NCBI GenBank assembly: GCA_964291215.2
Contig: OZ219790.1
Coordinates: 1,120,001-1,184,000, forward strand
DNA: 64,000 nucleotides
Reading direction: 5' to 3'
DNA from: Alphaproteobacteria bacterium
GTDB taxonomy: Bacteria > Pseudomonadota > Alphaproteobacteria > MPNO01 > UBA830
In this document: in pieces, positions 21,417 to 31,330 of the stretch
Layout: each line of letters starts with the position of its first letter
How positions within the stretch are numbered: the first letter of the stretch is position 1
The notes under the pieces: model-generated
Told to the model about the DNA's origin: nothing
The model's database searches: none
What the model saw: only the letters and a program-made list of their open reading frames with translations
Program-made: the position numbers and the translations under genes

Positions 21417-22628
21417 TCACGCCCGCCTCCCGTCGACCTCGAATTCGATCGCGGCGAGCCGGTCACCCGCGATCGCGCGCTCGAATGCAGCCAGCCGCTT
21501 GTAGATGGACATCAGCTCGACGATGGTGGTCCAGGACTTGACGAGATACTGGAAGGAGTCCTCCACACGCCCGAACGCGCGAATGATCTGCTGCATCACA
21601 CCGAGCGTGAAACCGGCCGCGACGATCGAAGGACCGAGCACGATGTAGGGAAGCACCACTCCCACCTGGAGGTAACTGTAACGGACAATATCGAAATACA
21701 GATAGTTGAGGAACAGCCTGAAGTAGTTCCGGCGTACGTTCGAAAAAAGCTGCCCGAGCGACGGTGGCCTTGCGTGTTCGGTGTCATCCTCGCCCAAAAC
21801 CAGTTCCTTGCGGTAGGCCGCCTCGACGCGCTGGTTGCGGAATTCGAGCCCGGGCAGCCGTATGCCGGCCAACGCCAGGATCGTCGTCCCGAACACGGAC
21901 CAGAGTATCGCGACGAAGACCAGGGGTTGGGGCACATGGCCCACGAGGGGCAGTTCGGTGATATGTCCCGACAGGTGCCAAAGAATCGGCAGGAAGGCGA
22001 GCAGCGTCATTACCGCATCGATGAATCTCGAGCCGAGGGATTCCACGATGGCAGCGAATTTCATCGTGTCTTCCTGGATCCGTTGCGACGCTCCCTCGAC
22101 ATGGCGGATGCGGGACCAGACCGAAACATAGTAGTCGTTCATCGCGGTTCGCCAGCGGAACACGTAGTGTTTCGTCAGAAAGGCCGCCAGAACCGCGGTC
22201 AGGATGTAGACCATTGCGATCGTTACGAAGGTCAGAAGCTGCCCGAAATACTCGTCCACGGTCACCGAGTTGGGCTTTCCGAGGGCTTTCTGAATAATGT
22301 CATAGAACCTGCCGAACCACTCATTGATCATCACGTCCAGCTGGACCTGAAACCAGATGGCGAAGACGATGAGAGTGGAGCCTCCCACCGACCAGCGCGC
22401 CCAGGGATGGCGCGCCAGCATCAGCCAAGCGAACGCGAACACGGCGTAGCAGGCGACGACGAATTCATAGAGCCAGACCTTGGCCGGCGCCCAGCCCGTC
22501 AGTTCGGCGACTCCGGACGGTTCAGCCCAGTCCGACGCGACGGAATGCCAGAAAACGATGCAGGCGATGGCCCATGCTGTTGCGGAGAGAACGAAAATGC
22601 GCGGTCGGGGAAAGAATGACTGAAACAT
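21417..22628 (-). CDS. sbmA: SbmA/BacA peptide transporter
   Basis: MFQSFFPRP; HYVFRWRTAMNDYY; EGASQRIQEDTMKF; NQRVEAAYRKELV; FQYLVKSWTTIVELMSIYKRL. Confidence 0.92.
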   Translation of the reverse strand: MFQSFFPRPRIFVLSATAWAIACIVFWHSVASDWAEPSGVAELTGWAPAKVWLYEFVVACYAVFAFAWLMLARHPWARWSVGGSTLIVFAIWFQVQLDVMINEWFGRFYDIIQKALGKPNSVTVDEYFGQLLTFVTIAMVYILTAVLAAFLTKHYVFRWRTAMNDYYVSVWSRIRHVEGASQRIQEDTMKFAAIVESLGSRFIDAVMTLLAFLPILWHLSGHITELPLVGHVPQPLVFVAILWSVFGTTILALAGIRLPGLEFRNQRVEAAYRKELVLGEDDTEHARPPSLGQLFSNVRRNYFRLFLNYLYFDIVRYSYLQVGVVLPYIVLGPSIVAAGFTLGVMQQIIRAFGRVEDSFQYLVKSWTTIVELMSIYKRLAAFERAIAGDRLAAIEFEVDGRRA

Positions 22629-22911
22629 GGGGGGGCCTCTTCGAACAGGAAAACCGGAAGGGAAAAGCGGCGCTGCGCCGGAGGCAAAGGACCGCAGCGT
22701 TTTCGACGGCCGCTGACAACCTGCCCGGCAGATCGCGACCTACATCAGATGCAGATCCAAGTCGAGCGCGCCGAGCCCGGCATGGGCCGGCCGACAAGAC
22801 AACAGGACGGTCCCGCCAGTCCTTCCGGCGCCCCCTTCGGGGCCCGGCATTGCGCACTGCCACCAGGCTCGTCATCATGCCCGTCCATCGAGAACCTTGC
22901 CGGTCAGGACA

Positions 22912-23793
22912 ATGAGGATATCGTGGCAGTCGCCCATCACGGGCTACATCATCGCTCTTGTCTCCGCCCTGGCCTTTGCCGGCCAGAACGCGTTTGCCGG
23001 ACTCGCCATCGAAAACGGCACGGCACCGCTGACGCTCGTCACGGTGCGAACTGCCTTTACCCTGTGCGCACTCGCCGTCCTGCTGAAGATCACGGGCGGT
23101 GAGCTGACCCTGCCTCGCCGGGACCGGTATGCGGCAATGGGCCTCGGCATCTTGAACGGGGTAATGGCCTTCTTCCTGATATCCGCCTTCGACCACATCG
23201 CGGTCGGCCTCGCGATTCTGATCTTCTACCTCTATCCCGTACTCACCGGCATCCTTTCCTGGACAACCGGAATGGATCGGCTCGACCGCAGCCTAGTGGT
23301 CGGCCTGATCGGCGGATTCGCCGGCCTCTCCCTTGCTCTCGAATTCTCCGGCGACGCCGACAGCACGCTGGGCATGGCAATGGCAGCGACCGCGGCGGCG
23401 ATGATGGCGGCGACGATCATACTGAGCACCCGCGTGCTCCGGAGCAACAACTCCCGGACCGTCACGCTATACATGCACCTCGCGGCAGCCGGCATGTTCG
23501 CTGTCCTGTACGCCGCGACGGGCGACCTGTCCGTGCCGGTGGCGTCGGAGGGATGGATCGGTGCGATCGGCGTCCTGATCCTCTATACCGTAGCGATTGC
23601 CACGTTCTTCGCCGGCATCGCAAGAATCGGAGGCGTGCGCGCGTCCCTCGTCATGAATCTCGAGCCGATTGCCAGTATCGGTCTCGGGTTCCTGCTCCTC
23701 GGTCAGGCTCTCACGCCGCGCCAGCTCATCGGCGCCGCCATCGTTCTCGCAGCCGTGACCGCGGTCAAATGGCTGAAGGGAAAGCCGCGTTGA
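22912..23793 (+). CDS. DMT/EamA family transporter
   Basis: About 10 hydrophobic segments; LIFYLYP and MNLEP motifs; start codon uncertain. Confidence 0.85.
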   Translation: MRISWQSPITGYIIALVSALAFAGQNAFAGLAIENGTAPLTLVTVRTAFTLCALAVLLKITGGELTLPRRDRYAAMGLGILNGVMAFFLISAFDHIAVGLAILIFYLYPVLTGILSWTTGMDRLDRSLVVGLIGGFAGLSLALEFSGDADSTLGMAMAATAAAMMAATIILSTRVLRSNNSRTVTLYMHLAAAGMFAVLYAATGDLSVPVASEGWIGAIGVLILYTVAIATFFAGIARIGGVRASLVMNLEPIASIGLGFLLLGQALTPRQLIGAAIVLAAVTAVKWLKGKPR

Positions 23794-23929
23794 ACGGACT
23801 CGTCTCCGGCGGCCCGCCAGCCCCGTCCCGCCAACGCGACATGACCGGAGGCACCGCTGCGAGACCGGAGTTGCGCAAGGCCACGACAACCCGCAGACTC
23901 CCTTTCGCAACAACAGACTGGAAGGCCCG

Positions 23930-24352
23930 ATGACCAAGACGATTGAACATGTCCACTGGCCCGACGCGCCGGACATGTGGATGCCTTACGCCCCCGCCAT
24001 AAAGGTCACCGGCGGCACCACCGTGCATCTCGCGGGCGTCACCGCGGCGCCGGTCTACCACCACCACCCGCATCGCGCCGAAGAGTTCGATTCCATGCCG
24101 ACCGACATGCGCGGTCAGACCCGTGCGGCGCTCGCCAACCTCGAACGCGGGCTGGACGCCGTCGGAGCAGATTTTGCCAACATCGTCACCGCAACCCGAT
24201 TCGTGACGGACCTTGCCGACCAGGACGCAATGAACGAGGTCTGGGCAGAGTATTTCGGACAGGCCAAGCCGGCGACCACGACGGTGCAGGTCGTGCAGCT
24301 CGCGACCGACCCGCGCTGCCTGATCGAGATCAACGCCGTCGCCGTCATCTGA
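23930..24352 (+). CDS. RidA/YjgF family protein
   Basis: YAPAI..., QTRAALANL, MNEVWAEYF..KPATTTVQV..L...LIEINAVA. Confidence 0.85.
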   Translation: MTKTIEHVHWPDAPDMWMPYAPAIKVTGGTTVHLAGVTAAPVYHHHPHRAEEFDSMPTDMRGQTRAALANLERGLDAVGADFANIVTATRFVTDLADQDAMNEVWAEYFGQAKPATTTVQVVQLATDPRCLIEINAVAVI

Positions 24353-24379
24353 CGGTGGCAACAGGAGGAGACGAGCCAC

Positions 24380-25447
24380 ATGTCGCAGCCACCGGCGGAC
24401 GCGGACTTCGACCGGGAAATCCTCGACTACTGGATCCCTCGCCTCGTGGCCGACGGCATTGATGCCAACGATGCCCGAACAGCCCGAACGCAAATCAAGA
24501 GCTGGGCTGACTGGTCCGGCGTCTGGTCCGGCATTGCCGAAACCTACCAGTCCCTGGCTGCCGCCCGCCTGGCAGCGGATGCCCAACTGACTGCCGGCGA
24601 GGCGCTGGTCCGGTCCAGCCTCTGCTACCATGTTGCCCAACTGGTTCCGACCCGGACGCCCGAACTCAAGGCCGGCCTCCAGCAGCGCAAGGTCGAGCGA
24701 TTTCGGGAAGCTGCACCGCTGATTGATCCTCCGGCGAAGCGTCTCGAATTCCGGCACGGGAACAGTCTCTTCCCGGGATACTTACGCCTGCCGGCTGGTG
24801 TCGGGCCCCATGCCTGCGCGATTCTCGTGCCGGGGCTCGATTCGACCAAGGAGGATTTCATCACCGTCTCCGACATGTGCGTGCGTCGCGGGCTCGCCAC
24901 TTTCGCATTTGACGGGCCCGGTCAGGGCGAGGCGCGGTCGCACAGCGTGCTCGCGCCTGGCTACGAAGGCTGTATCGGTGATGTCTTCGAGCTAATGGCC
25001 GCTCGCGACGAGATCGACGGAAGCCGGATCGGCCTGCTCGGACGCAGCCTCGGAGGCCACTACATTCTGCGCGCCGCCGCGGCAGATGACCGCATCGCTG
25101 CCTGCACCGTCTTCGGTGGAGCCTACGACCTGTCGGACTGGGACAACATGCCGCAGACCATTCTCGACGGCTTCCGCCACGCCACCGGTTCAGCAACCGC
25201 CGACGAGGCCCGGAACCGGATGGAAGCGAGCTCGCTCGACGACTGCATCGATCGGGTCGGTTGTCCGACGCTGATCGTCCATGGCCGGCGCGACGCGATA
25301 TTTCACTGGACGCAGGCCGAACGGATCGCCGGGGCGCTCAAGTGCAACCCGACGCTCCTGATGGACGAGGACGGCGTGCATTGCTGCCACAATCACGCCT
25401 TCGAATACCGCACCGCGATGGCCGACTGGCTGGCCCAGATCCTGTGA
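24380..25447 (+). CDS. Alpha/beta hydrolase (2,6-dihydroxypseudooxynicotine hydrolase-like)
   Basis: PGYLRLP, GLDSTKED, FDGPGQGE, GRSLGG nucleophile elbow, HCCHN. Confidence 0.85.
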   Translation: MSQPPADADFDREILDYWIPRLVADGIDANDARTARTQIKSWADWSGVWSGIAETYQSLAAARLAADAQLTAGEALVRSSLCYHVAQLVPTRTPELKAGLQQRKVERFREAAPLIDPPAKRLEFRHGNSLFPGYLRLPAGVGPHACAILVPGLDSTKEDFITVSDMCVRRGLATFAFDGPGQGEARSHSVLAPGYEGCIGDVFELMAARDEIDGSRIGLLGRSLGGHYILRAAAADDRIAACTVFGGAYDLSDWDNMPQTILDGFRHATGSATADEARNRMEASSLDDCIDRVGCPTLIVHGRRDAIFHWTQAERIAGALKCNPTLLMDEDGVHCCHNHAFEYRTAMADWLAQIL

Positions 25448-25499
25448 CGGAGGCGCACGAAGGCGCTGCCTGTTCCGTTCGCCGCGAAAGCGGAACCGG

Positions 25500-25934
25500 T
25501 CAGTCGGCAACCAGTACGACGACCGGTATCTCGCGTATCGCCGACGCCTTCCTGCGATAGGCGTCATAAGGCGGATAGATCCCGGCCATCATTGGCCAGA
25601 GCCGTACTCGTTCCTCGGCACTCGCCGCGTGGGCCCGGGCCGTGAAGGTGTCGGCGCCGACTTGGACCGTGACCCGGGGGTCTGCCTCGATATTGAAAAA
25701 CCAGCCCGGATGGTTCGGAAGGCCTCCCTGGGAAGCGACCACGACATGGTCGTCGCCATCGCGCCCGTATATCAGCGGAGTCGTCCGCCGCTCGCCCGAT
25801 TTCCGTCCGGTTGTGGTTAGCAGGAGGCACGGGAAGTGCCCCTTGCCGTCGTGGCCGCGCCAGATATGACCGTCGGCGCCGCCGGTTTCGAGATAGCGGC
25901 GGACATGATCCCTAGTCCAGTCGAATTTTGCCAT
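25500..25934 (-). CDS. Deazaflavin (F420)-dependent nitroreductase-family oxidoreductase (Ddn-like)
   Basis: LLLTTTGRKSGERRTTPL, VASQGG..HPGWFFNI, REIPVVVL. Confidence 0.88.
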   Translation of the reverse strand: MAKFDWTRDHVRRYLETGGADGHIWRGHDGKGHFPCLLLTTTGRKSGERRTTPLIYGRDGDDHVVVASQGGLPNHPGWFFNIEADPRVTVQVGADTFTARAHAASAEERVRLWPMMAGIYPPYDAYRRKASAIREIPVVVLVAD

Positions 25935-26061
25935 TGCCTGAAACTCGTGCGGTTGTGTGCCGGACATAACAGCAGACGCGGCGATTCTGCCACCTTCTGC
26001 CGGCCCGAACAATTCCGCCCGGGCCAGTTAATAGTGTGCCGGCGGCGTCGTGAAGAGCCGA

Positions 26062-26895
26062 CTACGCCGCCATCTTCCATTCCGCCAAACCGCAGCCGAT
26101 GAGGATCTCGGGAACCGGCCTGTAATCGATCAGGTCGAAACCGCGGCTGCCGCATGCGGCATGAACGATCAGCCAGTTTCGGAGCTCGGCGCTGCCATTG
26201 CCGGTCGTCTTGAGTCTGCGCTCGAGTTCGCTCGCGAACTCCTCGTCGGAAGCGTCGCGGAACATTCCGATGCAGGCGTCGTCGAACGGCTCATCGATCC
26301 AGCCCGTGGTGACCTCGCCGATGGAGTGGCTCAGCCCGCCGGTTCCGAGCATTGCAACGCGGAGTTTCCCCGGGAAACTCTCGATAGCCTGCCTGACCAT
26401 CTGACCCCAGCGGATACAGCGGCCGGGTTTCGGGAAGGGCTCTTCCATAAGATTGATGAACAGGGGCACGACCGCGACTTCGGGGCCGATGCCCGTTTGC
26501 CAGAGCGGCACGCAGATTCCATGGTCGAGCTTGAGCCGCTGCGCATAGGCGGGATCAAAGCCGGAGTCCAGCGCAACATCCAGGATATGGCGTCCGAGCG
26601 CTTCGTGGCCCGGCCACATACGGTGGGGAAACAGCGGCTTCATGAAGGGCTCCGGCGGGCCATCATGCTCATCGCCAATGCCGATGCAGAATGCCGGCAT
26701 GTTGTCGAGAAAGAAGTTGACCCAGTGATCGTTGGACTGCACGACCAGGACATCCGGTTCCAGCGCCTTCACGCGACGGCCGAGCTCGGTATAGGAGTCG
26801 ACGATCCAGTCACGCGTTCCCGGATCGAGAGTGGTCCAGTGACGGGCGATGTTGGGGCCGTGGCCGGCCGCGAAACCGCCGACGAATTCAGCCAT
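26062..26895 (-). CDS. LigB-type extradiol ring-cleavage dioxygenase, catalytic subunit
   Basis: GHGP, NDHWVNFFLD, LDHG..VP, GTGGLSH, GSAELRNW. Confidence 0.88.
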   Translation of the reverse strand: MAEFVGGFAAGHGPNIARHWTTLDPGTRDWIVDSYTELGRRVKALEPDVLVVQSNDHWVNFFLDNMPAFCIGIGDEHDGPPEPFMKPLFPHRMWPGHEALGRHILDVALDSGFDPAYAQRLKLDHGICVPLWQTGIGPEVAVVPLFINLMEEPFPKPGRCIRWGQMVRQAIESFPGKLRVAMLGTGGLSHSIGEVTTGWIDEPFDDACIGMFRDASDEEFASELERRLKTTGNGSAELRNWLIVHAACGSRGFDLIDYRPVPEILIGCGLAEWKMAA

Positions 26896-27163
26896 TGGCG
26901 ACCTCCTGCTGTCGTTTTCCGATGTCGCTGAGAATCCTGATCGAGCCCGCGTCGTCATGGCCGCTGATCAGCAGAAAGAACCGCAGCAGGTAGGGATTGG
27001 CAAGCGGCTGAATCACGTCATAGTCGTCTTCGAGGAGCGCCTTGCGAACTTCGGGCGAAAGCGGATAGCTGTCGACGACATCCTCGCGGCTGTTCGTCCA
27101 CCGGTCCTTGCCGTCGTCGCCCTGGAGATCAAACATCAACTTGTTGAGCCAGTAGTCCGCCAT
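26888..27163 (-). CDS. LigA-like small subunit of the extradiol dioxygenase
   Basis: MADYWLNKLMFDL...ANPYLL; overlaps the ligB-like start. Confidence 0.7.
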   Translation of the reverse strand: MADYWLNKLMFDLQGDDGKDRWTNSREDVVDSYPLSPEVRKALLEDDYDVIQPLANPYLLRFFLLISGHDDAGSIRILSDIGKRQQEVANG

Positions 27164-28399
27164 TACCGCCTCCGCAATCGTAGCGAGAAAGAGGAGCGAT
27201 TGTAACGCCCAAGGGCAGCATGTCCACGAAAAAACCGGTCCAATGGACGCCATCGGCAAACCAGTTCCGTAGGCAGCCTCGGGCCCGCTGCCAAGACCAT
27301 TTTTGCTTGTGCCGGCCCGGGTCCTCGGCATGCAGTCAATCGGGATGATCGATGATGGCCGGAAGCCATTTCGATCATGATTTGACGAGAGCAGGAGAAA
27401 TTTCGAAGGCGCCAGACAGCATTTTCTCGCTTCAATGGTCAGTCCCTGATCAATTCCGGATACCTCTGCAATGCAGGCGTGATCGGGAGCAAAATCCACT
27501 GTTTAGGCGAACTTGACCCGGAGCAATGGAGCAACCTGTTGGAAGGCGCACTTGCGTAAGGTTACTGGCGACTGCGGCTATCCGGTTATGATACCGGCCT
27601 TATCGTTTCATGTTTCCCCCGTTCCATAGTGAAGTGCAACCCATGATGGGCTGTGGCCATGTGTTTTTAGACGCATGATGTTGCGGAGCGGTAGCGGCGA
27701 GAGTTTCTGTGCAAGATAAAGGGAGCTTGTTCATGTCCAAAGGCTACCGTTACCTACGAAGAGCGATGCCAGATTGAGGCAGAAAAGCGGTCTTTCACAA
27801 GGTGCGATTGCTCGGCAGCTGGGCCGATCAACAATTTTCCGGGAGATCAAGCGCAACACCGGGGGACGGGGTTACCGTCACAAGCAGGCGCAAAGGATGG
27901 CAGAAACGCAGGGCAGCCTCGTCTGTTTCCTGGCGGTTGACGCCTCGGGTTGAAGCTCAGAAAAAGCTGCGGGAGGGCCCCGAGCAGCGGCCGTTTTCGA
28001 CTGGAAGGCCGTGGGTCGGCAACGGATCCATGATCGCGCATTCATGAAGATCGGAGAGCTGGGGACGTCTTGTGGAAGAAGCTTCAGCGGCGCGGCAAGA
28101 AGCCGAACTGGAAGGGCGGATGCCATTCCGGCCGGGTGGACATTTCCGAGCGCCCTGCGGAGGCAAAGGAACGGATCGGCGACTGGGGGCCATCATCGGC
28201 AAAGCTCACAGTGGAGCTGTCGTGTCGCTCGTGCCACGAAATACACCTTGCTGGGTGGACAGAAAGACACGGTTGGTTCGGTCATGATCCGCCTGCTCGG
28301 CTCTGGTGCGCTATTGGTCCACACAATCACGTCAGACAACGGAGTTCGCAGACCACAGGCGTGTCGCTGAAGCACTTGATGCAGATTTCTTCTTCGCCT

Positions 28400-29988
28400 G
28401 TATCTACTCACCCCTAGTTGGGTTCTGATTGGCCATAGTGCTCGTTGATGATGTCTGCGGCTTTTCCGTCGAGGGCGATCTGGGTGGCGACGAGTGGGTT
28501 GTAGCCGAGTGCGGCCATGGAGGTGAGGTAGCTTGAGCCCCGGCACCATGCTTTTGCGTGGAGCGGAAGCATCCGGACACCTTGAGCTTGACCTTTGCCA
28601 TCCTGATTTTCTGTTCTCCGGCATTGTTGGTGAAGCTGACGTTGGGGTCGTCTGTGAAGCGCAGGTTTTCGTGTTTCACGAGACGTTCGTGCAGGTTGTG
28701 CGCGTCGGACTTGCGTCCACGTTTTCCTTTCGTCGGCGGCGGGATGTCGGGCAGTTCCCTGGCGCCCTGATGGTGCGGTAGCGCTTGCGCACGGCCCGGC
28801 GTCGTTCAGGGTTTTGGATGCGCTCTTGTTGACCTTGTGGCAGACCTCGCGGAGCAGGCTCTTCATCAGTCGCGCGGTAGCCTCGACGACAAAGGTCAGT
28901 TCGCGCAGCAGGTGGCTGCCGCACAGCTGGTGGCTACACTGGCCCATGTACGAGGTCCAGCAGTCAGGACGCCCTTGTAGCACGGGATGATGCCGATCTC
29001 TTGCCTCCCGGCCGCGCTTGCGGTGCGGGAACTTGCACGTCCCGTCAGTGACGACATGGAGCCACTTACTGTTGATCCGAAATCATCGACATCGGGCGTT
29101 GCAGGAGGTGCGCCACGGCGGCCTCCTCCCATGACGCATCGTGAAAGCATAGCCGAGGCAGGTTGCCTCGGAGAGCTTGATGCCGGAGACCGCCTGCACG
29201 AACGCGACGGCACGGCGCAGGGACAGCATCTGGGCGACCAGTAGGTTGATAACGAGGGCTTGGATGCCGATGCCGTACTGCACGGGGCCCGGCATGTTGT
29301 CGGGGAACCGGCCCCGGGCCTTGCACTTCGGGCATTCCTTGATCTCGGCGCGGCGCTCGACGACCTCGAACACGATGTCATAGAGGACGCGGCGCTCCCG
29401 ATCGACAGGGCCGTCGATGTCAGCGCCGCAGGCGTCGCAGGCCGCGACCGTCTCCTCGACGATGGTCTTGCGCAGGTTGTCGCCCATCTGCCGGTTCGGC
29501 TTCGGGCCCTTGCCGTTGCTTCCGGCACGCTCTCGTCCTTGTCCGTCTGTGACGGCGGCAGACCGGAGTTCCGGCTCGTGCGTGGTCTTCTCCAGAAGGA
29601 CGACGATGATGATGTCGAGCAGGATGACGAGGACGCGGATGACGGCCTCTTCCGCCACTTTGCCGGCCGCACGCAGCGCCGCGATCCGGGTTTTGGCCGC
29701 TTCGAACTCCTCGCGCGCCGCGTTGACCGTCGCCATCACCCGGCCTTGCGCTTCATCAGCGCGCCGCTTCCGAGATGCGTTTTCACATACAGATCATGCG
29801 GGGGCTGGAGCCCCGGAAGTAGCTGGCACAGCCCGCTCGTCGCCTTCGATCCAAAGTAGCCCACTGGCGGTCCCCGTCGTTCTCGATGACCACCACTAAA
29901 CGAATCGGCATGCAGTGTCAAATCTCCACGAAAACCCGTTCGTTGCTCTACCCCGACATCAAGCCGGAACCAGGGGGTGAGCAGTTAC
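28400..29988 (-). mobile_element. IS66-family element, copy 3 (least eroded)
   Basis: Same IRs; 8-bp TSD cttcgcct (28392..28399, 29989..29996); TSRNSGLPPSQ motif. Confidence 0.92.
29736..29864 (-). CDS. Methyltransferase-derived leader peptide in IS66 copy 3
   Basis: Same length and frame as in copies 1 and 2. Confidence 0.55.
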   Translation of the reverse strand: MGYFGSKATSGLCQLLPGLQPPHDLYVKTHLGSGALMKRKAG

Positions 29989-30426
29989 CTTCGCCTTTCC
30001 ATTCCTGGGAGCGCGGCTTGAATGAGCACACCAACGGCCTGGGGCGGGAGTACTTCCCGAAGGGCACGGACTTTCGCGCGACATGCAACGAAGATGTTCA
30101 GAAGGTGCGGCTCAACACTCGGAAAGTCCCGGGATCGCCGACGGAGGTAATCTTGAAGTGAAACCGCCCTGACCATCTGCGTTCCAAAGCCGCAACGTGC
30201 AGCAGGGTCCATGCCGCGCGACGGCGGAATAGTGGCTTGAAGCCGACAAAGGCGTTGCATAAGCTTGATGTTGAAGGAACTGAAGCTGTTTCCAGGCGGA
30301 ATCGAGAGGGGCAGGGGGAAAAAAGAACTCCCCCTGCCCGCCGGATCTTCGAGCGGCATTTCGGTGAGTGCAGTCAAGCAAAATCCGTGGCCGCCGGAAG
30401 GCTCGCTCGAGCCCCGGCCGATATCG

Positions 30427-30502
30427 TGGTGACCCCAACGGGAGTCGAACCCGTGTCTTCACCTTGAAAGGGTGATGTCCTAGGCCTCTAGACGATGGGG
30501 TC
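30427..30502 (-). tRNA. tRNA-Glu (anticodon TTC)
   Basis: GACCCCA...CTTTCAA loop...GGTTCGACTCC...GGGGTCACCA; 76 nt with encoded CCA. Confidence 0.95.
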
Positions 30503-30625
30503 TTCGGAGACGCGAAGTAAACGAGCACGGCGGGAAAATCAACCCCTGACCCACGATCAGGACGATTTTCTCCCGTATGGTTGGCGCGAGTCTCGTCCCT
30601 GCCCATCATCGAACCGGTCGGATGC

Positions 30626-31252
30626 TCAGCTGTCTCCAGCCCGGGCAGCGCGGCGCCGAAGCCGTCTTCCAGCCCTCGCCCGCCGCCGCTGCCGCCAGCG
30701 GCGCACCGTGCGCAGCGTCAACTGATATCCTATCAGGTAGGACAGGATTGCCACCGGGATCGAACCGACCACGGTCGAAAGTCCCCATCCCTGAACGACA
30801 AGTTCGAAAAAGGCGTCCCACAGGCCGCGGTCGACAAGTCTCGGACCGGTTGCCGTCGACGATTTCATCGTCTGCAGGAACTCGAGGAATCTATGGTATC
30901 CGGTCAGGTCGTGCCAGTTTCCGAGGAGGAGCTGGCCCATGAGGAAACAGACATAATAAACGGGCCCCACGGTGAACACGTTGGTTACCCATGTCCACGC
31001 CATCGCAATGACGACGCTGAAATCGCGGCAGAAGAACGTGCGCGAGATCCACCAGTGTACGCAGCACAACGCCATCTGGATGCCGAAGGTCGGCGTGAAG
31101 GCCCAGAACAGCCCTGTCGCCACGGCCGTCGCCGCATATTCTGGGCTCCGACGCGAGCGGACAACCGGTACGATGAGCCGCAGCCGAACTGCGCGCGTTA
31201 TCCGTTCCCGAAATGTCCGCTCTGGACGTTGGGGCGTCTGTCTTTCAGCCAT
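30626..31252 (-). CDS. DUF2062 membrane protein
   Basis: SPEYAA..VATGLFWAFTPTFGIQM...WVTNVFTVGPVY. Confidence 0.8.
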   Translation of the reverse strand: MAERQTPQRPERTFRERITRAVRLRLIVPVVRSRRSPEYAATAVATGLFWAFTPTFGIQMALCCVHWWISRTFFCRDFSVVIAMAWTWVTNVFTVGPVYYVCFLMGQLLLGNWHDLTGYHRFLEFLQTMKSSTATGPRLVDRGLWDAFFELVVQGWGLSTVVGSIPVAILSYLIGYQLTLRTVRRWRQRRRARAGRRLRRRAARAGDS

Positions 31253-31330
31253 TTGCCGGCGATCTCGCGAAGCGACGGATGCCCGGGCGCGACCGGACCT
31301 TCCACCTGTGGCAATTTGCGGCCAGCCCCG

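Larger units (their letters stand above)
27620..30168 (+). mobile_element. IS30-family element, degenerate, interrupted by IS66
   Basis: TYEERCQI, DISERP..ERIGDW, TITSDNG, PFHSWERGLNEHTNGL.REYFPKGTDF; ends approximate. Confidence 0.85.
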
